Part shown: positions 13,309-26,450 of the stretch, one piece after another | How positions within the stretch are numbered: the stretch's first letter is position 1 | How the letters are laid out: each line of letters opens with the position of its first letter | Assembly (NCBI RefSeq): GCF_963921235.1 | Contig: NC_086097.1 | Location: 28,460,001 to 28,524,000, forward strand | From: Mobula hypostoma | Taxonomy: Eukaryota | Direction: 5' to 3' | Length of the DNA stretch: 64,000 nt | Notes under the pieces: model-generated | The model's database searches: none | What the model saw: the letters and a program-made list of their open reading frames with translations, nothing else | What the model was told of the DNA's origin: nothing | Translations under genes and position numbers: made by a program

Positions 13309-14028
13309 AAGGTAAGCTAGCCAATAATATAAAAGAAGATGCAAGATGATTTTCAGATAAACTGTATAAAGAGCAAAAGAGAGACAAGAGTGGATATCAA
13401 ACCACTGTAAAATGATGCTGGTGAGGTAGTAATGGTGGACAAAGAAATGGTGGAGGAACTTAATAAGTATTTTGCATGAGTCTTCACTGTGGAAGACACT
13501 AGCAGAATGCCAGAAATGCAAGAATGCTATTGTTATTACTAAGAAGAAGGTGCTTGGGAAGCTGAAATGTCTAAGGCAGGTAAGACACCTGGACCAGATG
13601 GACTACGCCCTAGGGTTCTAAAAGAGGTAGCTGAAGAGATTGTGGAGGCATCAGTAATGATCTTTCAAGAATTACTAGAGATCGGAATGGTTTTTTGAGG
13701 ACTGGAAAATTTCAAATGTCACTCCACTCTTTAAAAAGGAAGGGAGGCAGAAGAAAGGAAATTATAGGCCAGTTAGCCTGACTTCAGTGGTTGGAAAGAT
13801 ATTGGAAACTATTAATTAAGGTGAGGTTTTGGAGTACTTGGAGGCACATGACAAAATAGGCCAAAGTCTGCATGGTTTTCTGAAAGGGAAATCTTACCTG
13901 AAAAACCTGTTGGAATTCATTGGGTAAATAACAAGCAGGATAGAGAAGGGAGAGTCAGTGGATGTTGCTTATTTAGATTTTCATAAGGCTTTGACAAGGT
14001 GCTGCACATGAGGCTACTTAACAAGTTA

Positions 14029-14686
14029 CACCGGCACATATGTTTTGGTCTTGTTCTATATTGGAACAGTTCTGGAAGTCGGTTTTCTCAACAATTTCTA
14101 AAGCATTTAAAATTAATTTACAACCTAATAAATTAACTGTGCTTTTTGGAATAGTTCCTCAAAATATTCATGGTATTTCTGTGTCTGACCAACATGTTAT
14201 TGCATTTGTTACATTGATAGCTCGGAGGGCCATTTTGTTGAAGTGGAAGGATACATCAGCTCCCACTTTGTCACAACGGTTCTCTCGAGTGATGCTATGT
14301 CTTAGTTTGGAGAAAATTAGAAGTCGAAGCTTTGAACCTTTATTTGATTTTGAGAAAAGATGGGGCTCATTTGCTCGTTATTATCATTTGAGTTAATTGA
14401 TATAATTTTTCCATGATCTAATTGTAAATTTTTTTCGTATACTTCCTTTTCTTGTGGTGATTTGATGTTTATTTTTAGAAGCTTTTTGTATGACGCATGG
14501 CTCCGGGGTTGTACACCTAACGGGTTCTCTTTTTTTTCTCACTTTTCTGCTCAGTAGGTTTTTTTGTTACCACAAAATTTTGTTTTCAATCTTTAAGATG
14601 ATGATGTTTTTTTGAGGCATTGTAAGTGTTACTTCCATGTACTCATGTTATTATTCCTATATGTACAATAAAAAGATTTGAAAAGA
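14029..14686 (+). mobile_element. 5'-truncated L1-clade LINE inside CR1
   Basis: HMFWSCSILEQFW...LIARRAILLKWK ORF2 C-terminus, T-rich 3' UTR, AATAAA and A-rich tail, TSD AAGTTA (14023-28, 14687-92). Confidence 0.85.
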
Positions 14687-14947
14687 AAGTTAAGGGCCAA
14701 TGATATTATGGGAAAGGTACTAGCATGGACAGAAGATTGGCTGACTGACAGGAGGCAAAGAGTGGGAATAAAAGAGGCCCTTATTGGTTGGCTGTCAGTT
14801 ACTTTACTAGTGGTATGCCAGAGGTGTCAGTGTTGGGACCGCATCTTTTGATGTTGTACATCAAAGATATGGATGCAGGATTTGATGCTTTGTGTGGCCA
14901 AGTTTGTGGATGATACGAAGATAGGTGGAGCAACAGGTAGTGTTGAG

Positions 14948-15850
14948 ACCATAAGACATAGGAGCACAATTAGGCCATTCAGCCCATCGAGTCTGTTCCG
15001 TCATTCCACCATGGATGCTCCCGGATCCCACTCAACCCTGTACACCTGCCTTCTCACCATAACCTTTGATGCCCTGACCTATCAAGAAACTATCAATGTT
15101 CACTTTAAATAAACACACGGTCTTGGCCTCCACAGCTGTCTGTGGCAGAGCATTCCACAAATTCACTCCTCTCTAGCTAAAAAAAGATGTTTCCTTACCT
15201 CTGTTCTAAATCTTGAGGCTGTGCCCTCTCGTTCTGGACACCCTCATCTTGGAAAACATACTCACCACATCCACCTTCTCTAGTCCTTTCAACATTCGGT
15301 AGGTTTCAATGAGATCCCCCTGCATTCTTCTAAATTCCAGTCAGTATAGGCCCAAAGATGCCAAATGCTCCTCGTATGTGAACCGTTTCATTCCCGGAAT
15401 CATCCTCGTGAACCTCCTCTGGACTCTCTCCAATGACAATACACCCTTTCTGAGATATGGGGCCCAAAACTGTTTTCAATATTCCAAGTATGGCCTGACT
15501 CGTGCCTTATAAAGCCTCAGCATTATCTCCTTGTTTTTACATTCTATTCCCCTTGCAATGAATGCCAACATTGCATTTGCCTTCTTTACCACAGACTCAG
15601 CCTGTAAATTAACATTCTGGGAGTCTTGCACAAGGACTCCTAAGTCCCTTTGCACCTCTGGTGTTTGAATTTTCTCCCCATTTAGAAAATAATTTGCACT
15701 TTTGTTCCTTTTTATCAAAATGCATTATCATACATTTCCCAACATTGTATTCCATCTGCCACTTTTTTGCCCATTTATCCAATTTGTCTAAGTCCTTCTG
15801 CAATCGCATTGCTTCCTCAGCACTATCTACCCCTCCACCTATCTTTGTAT
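14948..15850 (-). mobile_element. Antisense CR1 3' segment
   Basis: LQKDLDKLDKWAKKWQMEYNVGKC and LYKARVRPYLEY on the minus strand; CR1 tail at 14950. Confidence 0.85.
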
Positions 15851-16430
15851 AAGGAGGTCATGTTGAGGCTCTGTAAGGCATCAGTCAAACCACACTTGGG
15901 GTATTGTAAGCAGTTTTGGGCCCTTTATCTAAGAACAGATGTGCTGGCATTGGAGAGGGTCGAGAGGAGGTTCACGAGACTGATCCCAAGAGGGTTAATG
16001 TACAAAGAGCGTTTGATAACTCTGTACTCACTAGAGTTTAGAAGAATGAGGGGGTATCTCACTGCAACCTATTTAATATTGAAAGTTCTGGATAAAGTGG
16101 ATGTGGAGAGGATGCTTCCTATAGTGGGAGAGTCTAGGACCAGAGGGCACAGCCTCAGAATTTTTGTCAGAAGGTGGTGTATCTGAGGAATTCATTGCTA
16201 CAGGTGGCTGTGCAGACTTTCATCGGGTATATTTTAAGGTGAAGGTTGATAAGTTCTTGATTAATCAGAGTGTCAAAGGTTATGGAGAAAAGACAGGCGA
16301 ATAGGGTTGAGAGGGATAGTAAATCAGCCACCATGGAATAAAGGAGCTAACTTGATCTGCACCTGTGCCTTATGATCGGTGTTTGCTGGCGATATATGGG
16401 AGACAAGTAAAACATTAAACCTCTGCTTAC

Positions 16431-16723
16431 ACTGGTAGCCGACTGCCCGCTCTCCTGTAGGAACTCCTCCAAGGTCACCATTTCACTGCCTGGTGAGGAT
16501 GCTCTGGTCCGACTCTCCAGCGGCCTCTCTCTCACTCTTTGTAGCGTGCTGTATGACACCGGGCTCCTCCGAGGCATTGCAGGGTCCAGCTTGGTGCTGG
16601 GGAGCATGGTCGAGCTAGAGCGGTAGAGAGCGTTCGCTTTGGGAGCAGCTCCCACGTCTCGACTGGGGAGGAGATCTTCACTGCTGAGGCTGTCCGCTCT
16701 GGGGTCCATCACCTCCGCAACAC
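16431..16723 (-). CDS. CCDC88C: Daple penultimate exon with GBA motif (293 nt, phase 1-0)
   Basis: ttcaacag acceptor, AGT|gtaagc donor; SSEDLLPSRD and the G-alpha binding/activating motif EMVTLEEFLQES at 16449-16484. Confidence 0.95.
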
Positions 16724-16864
16724 CTGTTGAAGGAGGACACAGTTCCACGTTTGTAAGCTATGAACTGGCAGCATTTGCAGAAATCGGGTTCTAATCTCAA
16801 ATATAATGGAGCCATGGGACAATTCAACAAAAACAGTCAATATGACATAGAAATACAATTGTAT

Positions 16865-17810
16865 CAGCGTGAGTTCATCAGTCTGATAGCCTGGTGGAAG
16901 AAGCTGTCCCAGAGCCTGTGGATCCTGGCTTTTATGCTGCGGTACCGTTTCCCAGATGGTAGTAGCTGGAACAGTTTGCGGTTGGGGTGACTCTGGTCCC
17001 CAATGATCCTTCAGGCCCTTTTTACACACCTGCTGCTGTAAATGTACTGAATAGTGCAAAGTTCACATCCACAGATGCGCTGGGCTGTCAGCACTACTCG
17101 CTGCAGAGTCCTGCGATTGAGGGAAGTACAGTTCCCATACCAGGCAGTGATGCAGCCAGTCAGGATGCTCTCAATTGTGCCCCCTGTAGAAAGTCCTTAG
17201 GATTTGGGGGCCCATACCAAACTTCTTCAACAGTCTGAGTTGAAAGAGGCACTGTTGTGCCTTTTTCGCCACACAAACCATGTTAAGACCCTCGGTGATG
17301 TGTATGCCGAGGAACTTAAAGCTGTTCACCCTCTCAACCCCAGATCCATCGATACCAATAGGGGTGAACCTGCCTCCATTCCTCCTGTAGTCCACAACCA
17401 GCTTCTTTGTTTTTGTGACATTGAGGGAGAGGTTGATTTCTTTTTTTTTGGCGTGTGCCTGCGTGCGTGTGAGTCTGTGCGTGTGTGTCTGCGTCTGCGT
17501 GCGTGTGTGTGTCCGTGATGATGTCTTTCTCGTGGCTTTTACAAGGCGCTCCGAGACAGAGAGAGACTGTGTGGCACGCCACTCCTCACACAGATATTTT
17601 CACAGTATTTTCCCCTTCTTGTTTCACGAGGTCGAGTTGCGATCTCGACACTCAACCCGGCACGGATGGAAAGCGTACTTGGGAGCGGACCCGACTAGTT
17701 TTGAACCCGGGAACCTCTGCTCCCGGGTCTGGCGCCGATGTCGTTGCGCCACCAGCCGGCCCGAGGTTGATTTCTTGACGCCACTGTGTCAGGGTGATGA
17801 CTTCGTCTCT
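16865..17810 (-). mobile_element. Rex1/Babar-type LINE fragment interrupted by a SINE
   Basis: VERVNSFKFLGIHI...KKAQQCLFQLRLLKKF motifs. Confidence 0.8.
17443..17762 (-). mobile_element. Young tRNA-derived SINE
   Basis: Head gggccggctggtggcgcaacg...gggttcaaaac; (CA/CG) microsatellite plus A tail; perfect 14-bp TSD gaggttgatttctt (17429-42, 17763-76). Confidence 0.85.
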
Positions 17811-19066
17811 GTTATTATTTCGTTATTGAAAAAGCTCTCCCTCAGGTTCCCCTTAAGTATTTCACCTTTTACTCTTAACATATGACCTCCAGTTCTGGTC
17901 TCACTCAACCCCAATGGAAAAAAGCCCGCCTGCATCTGTATCCCTCACAATCTTGTATACCTCTCTCAAATCTGCCCTCATTCTCTTCCACTCTAGGGAA
18001 TAAATCCTAACCTAGTCACCTTCCTCTATAACTCAGGTCCTCAAGTCCTGGCAACATCCTTGTAAATTTGCTCTGCACTCTTTTAATCTTATTGATATCT
18101 TTCCTGCAGGTAGGTGACCAGAATTTCAAACAATACTCCAAATTAGGCTTCACCAACGTCTTTTGCAACTTCAACATACCATCCCAACAAAGCAACAGTT
18201 AATCAGAAGGGACAATGTAGTATAACAAATATGATCATTCTATAGCCTTTAATTGTCTAGATCGTTTTGAGCTGATATGGACAGCAATCCACTCTAATGC
18301 CTCAATTCCAACTCGGATGGTGTGAGAACCTCATTTTCACTCTGGAAAGTTATGGACAGCTCAGAACACAAAAGCTGTGAGGGAATTTGACAGTGGTGTT
18401 TAAAATACACATGCAAAAAATTCTTGGAATCTACTTCCACCCAGAAACCAGACAGGGGAAGTGATTGACTAAAAAAATCTAAGTAAAATTTACTATCAAA
18501 TGTTACCGTATACGACCTTGAAATTCATTTTCTCACAGGCATTTACAGGAAAATTATGAAATAGAATAGAGTGTACGAAAATCTCTGCAAGTCCACAGGA
18601 GAGGTCAAAGTCTGGTGTCTGCAGGCCCGAATCTGTATTGACTGCAGCTGGAGGCTTATCCAGGGGTTAAAGGACTGTGTATGTGGGTGGTGGGAGGAAG
18701 GAATGGGGCTTGTTTTATTACTTGCTGTATTCTTGAGCATTGTGAGCATGCTGTGTTAACACCAGAAGGTACGATGACACCTGTGGGCTGATGCCAACAC
18801 ACCCTCGGCTGTATTGATTGTTAACACAAATGATGTTTCAATGTACATGCAAGGGTTTATGATTATGCTGGTTGCTTCGCTGAGGCAGCAAGAACTACAC
18901 ACAGAGTCCAAGGAGGAGAGACTGCTGAGATGGTTATTTTCTACACTAAACTGATGATAATATACCAAGATGGGCAAGACTCTGTTACCTCCAGCATTTC
19001 GTTCAAGAAACGGTACTTTAGTCCAAACTGGCTGGTTGCATTGGTCGGAATATCTCCATGACTTAC

Positions 19067-19141
19067 CAAGGCTTGCATTTCCATTCTTGGCAAATTCCAA
19101 TTCAAGTGACTGTGTCCGGAGGTCATCGTCCGAGTTAAAAC
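19067..19141 (-). CDS. CCDC88C: Daple small exon (75 nt, phase 1-1)
   Basis: ctcaataag acceptor, TTG|gtaagt donor; GFNSDDDLRTQSLELEFAKNGNASL resembles the Daple GYNSDDNL...SLEFE segment as recalled. Confidence 0.85.
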
Positions 19142-21367
19142 CTTATTGAGCGAGGAAACGAGACAAATGGGAGTGAAGTTATCAATATCACAGGTTCACT
19201 TGTGTAAGCTACCAATAACATCTTTCCTTTCCTTGCAATATTCCACACAAAATCAAACTGGTGCCAATGGCAACCACTACAATGTGTTTGGTGGGGACCT
19301 ATAGTTGTTTCTTTACATGGAGAAACCAAAGCATGCAGAACTCATCACTGAGACTACAGCAAGGTTAATGTTTCAATGAACATGTGAGAAAAACAGCTAA
19401 CCTTGTACCTTTTTAAATGCCATTTTCCCACACTATCTCCATATCCCCTGATTCTACATACCTCTGAGCCATTCACAAATCCAAGCAACTGCTTAAATCA
19501 ACGACCATACCTTGGGGCTGTTACTCTAGGATGTTATTAAACCAGAAAGGGTGCAGGAAAGATTTACCAGGAGTGGAGGGCGTGAATTAAAAGGAGAGTC
19601 TGGACAGGCTGGAACATTGTTTCCTCTTGATCAAAGGCGACTGAGGGGTGATCTCGTAGAGGTTTATAAAATTCTGAGGGTTATGGATATGATGATTGGC
19701 CACAGTTACTTTTCCCTAGAGTAGGGGAGTCTAAAGCCAGAGGGCACAGTTTTAAGGTGATAGGGGAAAGATTTCAGAGGGACCTGATGGCCAACTTTTT
19801 CCACACAGGGGGTGGTGGGTGTATGGAATGAGCTGCTAGAGGAAGTGCGCAATTAGAACACTTAAGAGACTATCAGATAGGTTCATGAATAGAAAAGGTT
19901 TATAGTGATCTAGCTTAAACAGATTGAGTAGATCTAGCTTGGTTGGCATGGTCAATTTGGGCCAAAGGGTCTGGTTCCAAGACTCTCTCCATCTAATTCT
20001 ACTTTAAGAATATACAAAACTCTTCTTCCACTTCTCTCTTCTCACCCCCTCCTATCAGGCAGAAGATATGAAAGCCTGAAAGTACATACCCCTAGGCTCA
20101 CGGACGGATTCTATCCCACTGTCGTAAGATTATTAAATGAGAAGATGGACTCTGGACTCACAATTTACTCGTTATGATCTTGTACCTCACTGTTTATCTG
20201 TACTGCATTCTCTCTGTAGCTGTCACACTTGTCATTGTTTTTGGTGTATCTTGTTTTACTGTGTCATGAATTGATCTGTATGAACGGTTTGTAAAACAAG
20301 TTTTTCACTGTATCATGGTACACGTGACAATAATAAACCATTTCCAATACACTTTAAGGACAAAAACTCTCAAAACTTGAAATCCTCGGCAAAAAAAGTT
20401 GTCTCATCTTTACTGTCAATAGGGAGTGCTTAAGTTTCTTTAAACAGAGATCCTGAGTTCTAGATTGTCCCATGAGAGGAAACACGCTCTCCACATACAA
20501 TCTGTCTTGTGCTTGTTCGCTCTGCTAAACTCCAGAGATGTTTCAGAGTCTCTTCAGGACACAGTGAGTTAGTAAAAATCTGGACTGCACCTTCTGGGGA
20601 TGTGGTGGAATTGGAATGCATCTGGAATTTCTAAGATCAGCAGAATGCTGAGTCAATTTCCAGGGCTAATTCTCAAGTGCCAAAACGCCAGATTACTCTA
20701 CCGTACTGAACAGAGTCAGGTGGACTGTCGCACTGAACGAAGTGATGCCATATCTGGAGTAAAGATTAAAGATCAAACTGCAGGGTAAACAGGGTCAAGT
20801 GGACCATTTAAAATATACGGCTGAGGTTCTGTGGAACAGATGTGAAGAGTTCAATTCTATTTGCTGGAGAGGTCAGAACTCTGACGCATATAAATTTCAG
20901 GAAAAAGTGGAAGTTACCACACAGTGTAAAGTTCACAGGAAGTTGGAGAAGCACTTTCTATTACTGCAGTTTTGGGGTTTAGTGAAGTAGGAAGAGACTT
21001 ACAGGTTAGCTAAGATGAGCACTGTACTCCATTTCAGATTTTCATCTCTAATCTCAGTACATATTGTAGAACATGGAACAGTACAGTACAGTACAGGCTC
21101 TTCGGCCCAAACTGTTGTGCTGACCTTTTAACCTACTTTGAGATCAATCTAACTCTTCCCTCCTACATAACCTTCCATTTTTCTGTCAGGTTGCCCTTAA
21201 ATATTTAACCTTTCACCTTTAACCTATGACCTCTGGTTCTTGTCTCACCCAGTCTCAGTAGGGAAAGCCTGCTTATATTTATCCTATCAATGCCACTCAT
21301 AATTCTGTACATGCCTATCAAATCTCCACTCGTTCTCCTGTGCTCTAGGGAATAAAACTTTCCTTAC

Positions 21368-21571
21368 CTTTGGCTTTGGTGCGGTGCCAGCTGTTGAATT
21401 TGGGGGTGGTGTGCGAGGAGGTGAGATGGATGGCGGAGGTGGAGTACGCCATGGACCCCAGTTCCGCCCAGCGGTGCCGCATCCCAACGGTGCTCTCGGG
21501 GCTTGGGTTCGCACTGGGGGAGGGCGTGGAACTGAGAGAGGGCTTTCTGTCCCTCTGGCCTTCACTGGGGA
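21368..21571 (-). CDS. CCDC88C: Daple exon (204 nt, phase 1-1)
   Basis: ctctttcag acceptor, AAG|gtaagg donor; VPSEGQRDRK...MRHRWAELGSMAYSTSAIH...HRTKAK carries the ELGS/A..STSA motif of CCDC88A/C. Confidence 0.92.
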
Positions 21572-22061
21572 CTGAAAGAGACAAGAAGAGCGCATGATTA
21601 CCATCCCGTTTCTCACGGGTTTGTGTGGGGAATCTGAGGCACAGACAGAAGCTGAACAAGATCTGGGCGGACTGTTACTGCTATCAACAGACAGTGTGAC
21701 AGTGATTAGGTAAGAGCCACAAAAAAGTTCAAAGTGAAGTAAAAGTACGTACTGTATATATCACCACATACTACCTTGAGATTCATTTTCTTGGAGACAT
21801 TTACTGGAAAACAAAGCAATACATACAATCAGTGGGAAAGAAACTACACACAAAGACTGATGGGTAAAAGAGGACAAAATGCATAAAACTAAGTAAATAG
21901 TACTGAGTACGAATGGTAGAGTCCCTGAATGTGAGTCCATTGGTCATGGAATCTGCTCAGAGACAATGTCAGTGAAGTTATCCACGTTCCTTCAGGAGCT
22001 CAATTATTGTAGCATAATAACTGTTCTTGAATAACTGACATAAGGAGGATGAGGAAGCTTT

Positions 22062-25000
22062 AAGACCATAAGACACAGAGCCAGAATTAGGCCACTTGGC
22101 CCATCGAGTCTGTTCCGCCATTCCATCTTGGCTGATTTATTATCCCTCTCAATCCTATTCTCCTCCCCTCTCCCCATACCCTTTGAAGCCCTGATTAATC
22201 AAGAACCTATCAACCTCCACCTTAAATACACCCAATAACTTGGCCTCCACAGCTGTCTGTGGCCACGAATTCCACAGATTCACCACCCTCTAGTTAAAGA
22301 AATTCCCCCTCATCTGTTCTAAATGGACATCCCTCTATTCTGAGGCTGTGCCTTCTGGTCCTAGACTCTCCACCATACCACCATAGGATACACCTTCTTC
22401 AAAACTACTTTATCCCGGTCATTCAATATTTGATAGTTTGCAATGAGATCCCCTCTCATCTTCTAAACTCCAACGAGTACAGGCCCAGAACTATCAATAA
22501 CTTCTCATATGTAAACCCTTTTCATTCCTGGGATGGTTCCTTAAGGTTATTAAAGCTGGGGGTGGTAACGGGGACAAGCTCCCACCACCTATTAAATGCA
22601 CTTCAATTAGCCTCTGACAGCCAAGTACACCTCCTGGCCTTCATGTGTGGCTTAGCTACTAGGTCCGGTGGAACCATTTCTGCTGACAGGAGAAGGGGCA
22701 AAAGTGGGTACTGGTGTCTTAAAACCAGTTGCTTCAGGCAGATGGGATTCATCAGCCGTGGTTGGCATCTCATCTAGGAGAAGAAAAACTCAGATCTCAA
22801 ACCTGTGCTGCCTTGCACCTATATCCACTCACGGGGAAGGCTTCAGGAGTATACCCCGAGGATAAAATCTGGAGCTGTTGTTCCTAAGGCAGTGCTATGT
22901 TCAATGCTGACCACAAACTCCAGCGATGCCGCTGGTGCCAAACTGCACCGGACTCGGACTCTGCCATTCCTTTAGGTTCATCAGATGTGTGGAAAAGGAG
23001 AGCTTGATACATGGGCAACAGCTTGCTCTCCATATTGTACTGCTCAGGCTTGTGATTTAGACAGCTAGGATGCAAATCCATGGTCAGCCCTGACTGATGG
23101 AGGCCTCACTCACTCACTCATTCCTGGAATCATTCTCGAGAACTTCCCCTGGACCCTCTCCAAAGCCAGCACATCTTTTCTATAAGGGGTCCTAAACAAC
23201 ACTCAGTACTCCAAGTGCAGCCTGACCAATGCCTTATAAAGCCTCAGCATTACACCTTTGCTTTTGTATTCTACTCCTCTTGAAGTGAATGTAACATTGC
23301 TTTTGGCTTCCTTATTACTGACTCAACCTGCAAGTTGACCATCAGAGAATCCTGCAGGAGGACTCCCAGATGTCTCTGTATTTCTGATTTTTGAATCTTC
23401 TCCCCATTTAGAAAACAGCCCGAGCCTTTATTTCTTGTGCCAAAGTTCATGACCATGCACTTCCCTACACTGTATTCCAGTGGTCACTTCTCTGCCCATT
23501 CCCCCAATCTGTCCAAGTCCTTCTGCAGGCGCTCTGCTTCCAACACTACCCGCCCTCCAGCTATCTTCATATTGTCCTCAAACCTAGCACAAAGCAACCA
23601 ATTCCTGTATCAAAATCATTGACATACAATGTGACAAGAAGTGGTCCCAACACCAACTCCTGTGGCACACCACTAATCACTGGCAGCCAACCAGAAAAGA
23701 CTTCCTTTATTTCCACTGTTTGCCTCCTGGCAGTCAGCCAATCTTCTATCTATGCTAGTATCTTTCCTGTAATACCATGGACTCTCACGTTGTTGAGAAG
23801 CCTCGTGCAAAACCTTGTCAAAAGCCTTATAAAAGTCCAAATAAACAATGTTTACTGACACTCATTTGTCTAACTTGCCTGTTATTTCCTCAAAGAATTA
23901 CAACAGATCTGTCAAGCAAGAATTCCTCTTAGGAAACCACTTTGGGCTATTTTACCATGTTATCTTACTCTTCCCTGTTTTATCACATGCCTTCAAATAC
24001 TCTGTTACCTCATCCAACCACAGAAGTCAGTCAAAATGGCCTATAATTTCCTTTCTTCTGCCTCCCTCCCTTCTTAAAAATTGGAGTGACATTTGCAATT
24101 TTCCAGTCCTCGGGAATCATTCTAGTATCCAGTGATTCTTGAAAAATCATTACTAATGCATCCACAATCTCTTCAGCCACCTCCTTCAGAACTCTGGGGT
24201 ACAGTCCATCTGGTCCAGGTGACGTACCTACCTTCAGACATTTCAGCTTCCCAAACACTTTCTCCTTAGTAATAGCAACTGCACTCACTTCTGTCCCCTG
24301 ACAGTCTCACATTTCTGGCATTCCACTAGTATTGTTCACAATTAAAACTGATGCAAAATACTTATTAAGTTCATCTGCCATTTCCTTCTCCCCCATTACT
24401 ACCTCCTCAGCATCATATTCCAGCAGATCAATATCCACTCATTTCTCTTTTACTTTTTATACAATATATCCGAAAAATCTGTCCTCTTTTACATTATTGG
24501 CTAGCTTACCTTCATATTTCATCTTTTCCCTCTTTATAGCCTTTTAGCTGCCTTCTACTGGTTTTTAAAAGCTTCCCAATCTTCTACCTTCCCACTAAGT
24601 TTTGTTTTATTATATGCCCTCCCTTTTGCCTTTATGCTGTTTTTCACTTTTGTCAACTACGGTTCCTTATCCTCTCTTTAGAATACTTCTTCGTCTTTGG
24701 GCTGTATTCTTCTGCGTCTTCTGAATTGCCCCCAGAAGTTCCAGCCACTCTGCCACGATCCCTGCTAGTTCCTCTTCCAATCAACTTTGGTCAGATCCTT
24801 TCTCAGGCCTCTGTAATTCCCTTTACTCCACTGTAATACTGACACATCCTACTTAAGCTTCTTCTCAAATTGCAGGGCAAGTTCTACAATATTATGATCA
24901 CTGTCTCCTAAGGGTTCCTTTACCTTAGGCTTCCTAATCAAATTTGGCCCATTACATAACACCCAATCTAGAATTGCCTTTCCCCTACTGGGCTCAACCA

Positions 25001-26450
25001 CAAGCTGCTCTAAATAGCCATCTCGTAGGCATTCGACAAATTTTCTCTCTTGGGATTCAGGCCTGTATATAACTCCCACCAAGTCTTTTTACCCTTGCAG
25101 TTTCTTAACCCCACTCACAATGACTCTATATCTTTAGATCCTATGTCACCTCCTTCCAAGAATTTGATTTCAGTTTTCTACCATTTAAACCACCTCAGCC
25201 CTCTGTCTAACTGCCTATCCTTTCAAAACAATGTATATCCTTTTATGCTAAATTCCCAACTATGATGTCCTATCAGTCACGACTCAGAGGTGCCCTCAAC
25301 ATCACTCCTGCCAATTACCAACAGTGCCACAAGATCACTTATCTGACACCGTATGCTGAGTGCATTCATATATAACATCTTTAGTCACCCTTTTTGATTC
25401 TGGCTGCCTACTAACTCATCCTACCATGATTTTGCTCGATTATCTGCCTGTCCTTTCTCACAGTCTCTACACATTGCATCTACTTGTATACCAACTGCCT
25501 CATCTTCAGTCCTATCATTCTGGTTCCCATCCCCCCCAGCCAAATTAGTTTCAACCCACCCTCACAAACCTGCCCTGAAAGATGTTACCCCCCCCCCTCG
25601 GGTTCAGGTGTAACCTGTCCTTTTTGTACAGGACCTACCTTCCCCAGAAGAGATCCCAATGACTAGAAGTCTGAAACTCTGTATCCTGCACCAGTTCCTC
25701 AGTCACTCATTCTCTGCCAAATAGTCCTACACTTACCCTCACTAGCACGTGGCACAGCCAGCAATGCAACAGTTACTACCCTGGAGGTCCTGCTTTTCAG
25801 CTTATTGCCTAATTCTCCAATTCCTCCCTTTTCCTACCCATGTCATTGGCACCATTATGTATCACAATTTCTGGCTGTTCATCCTCCCCCTTCAGAATCC
25901 CATGGACCTGAACCGAGATAACTCTGACCCTGGCACCAGGGAGGCAATGTACAATCTGGGTGTCTCTTTCACATCCACAGAATCCCTTTCCACTCCTCTA
26001 GTTATGGAATTCCCCCATTACTACTGCACTCTTTTCTCCCCCCAGTTCCCTTCTGGGCCACAGAGCCAGACTCAGTGCCAGAGACCTGGTTGCTGCAGCT
26101 CCCCCCGACAGCTGTATAACTATTACTGAGGGGAATGGCCACAGGAGTTCTCTGCACTGGCTGCCTATTCCCTTTCCATCTCCTGACAGTCACCCATGTA
26201 CCTGCCTCCTACAACTTAGGGGTGACTACCTCCCTGTAGATCCCATCTATCACCTCCTCATTCTCCCACATGAGCTGAAGGACATCGAGCTGCAGCTCCA
26301 GTTCCTTAACAGAGACTCTAAGGAGCTGTAGCTTGACGCACTTCATGCTGATGTAGTTATCAGGGAGACTGGAGGTCTCCCACGTTTCCAACATCTCACA
26401 CAAGGACCACCGCACTACCTCTGGATCATTCTCAGCACAGTAGATATGCA
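22062..26450 (-). mobile_element. Decayed near full-length CR1 LINE
   Basis: Ordered remnants: ORF1 (CVKLQLLRVSVKELELQLD), GVIYRP, EPLGDSDHN, SPGPDGLYPRVLKE, YLDFYKAFDKV, CR1 tail. Confidence 0.88.
22532..23117 (+). mobile_element. Non-coding retroposon (RTE-like derivative) inside CR1
   Basis: 10-bp TSD tcattcctgg (22522-31, 23118-27), (CACT)n tail, no ORF; family assignment tentative. Confidence 0.7.

Larger units (their letters stand above)
10740..16360 (+). mobile_element. Decayed long CR1 LINE with nested solo LTR, L1 and antisense CR1
   Basis: ORF1 SGNH-esterase-like VHIGTN...LYKRDRLHLNLRGTNIL; endonuclease remnant EPLGDSDH; RT remnant KFVDDTKIGG; many stops and frameshifts. Confidence 0.88.
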
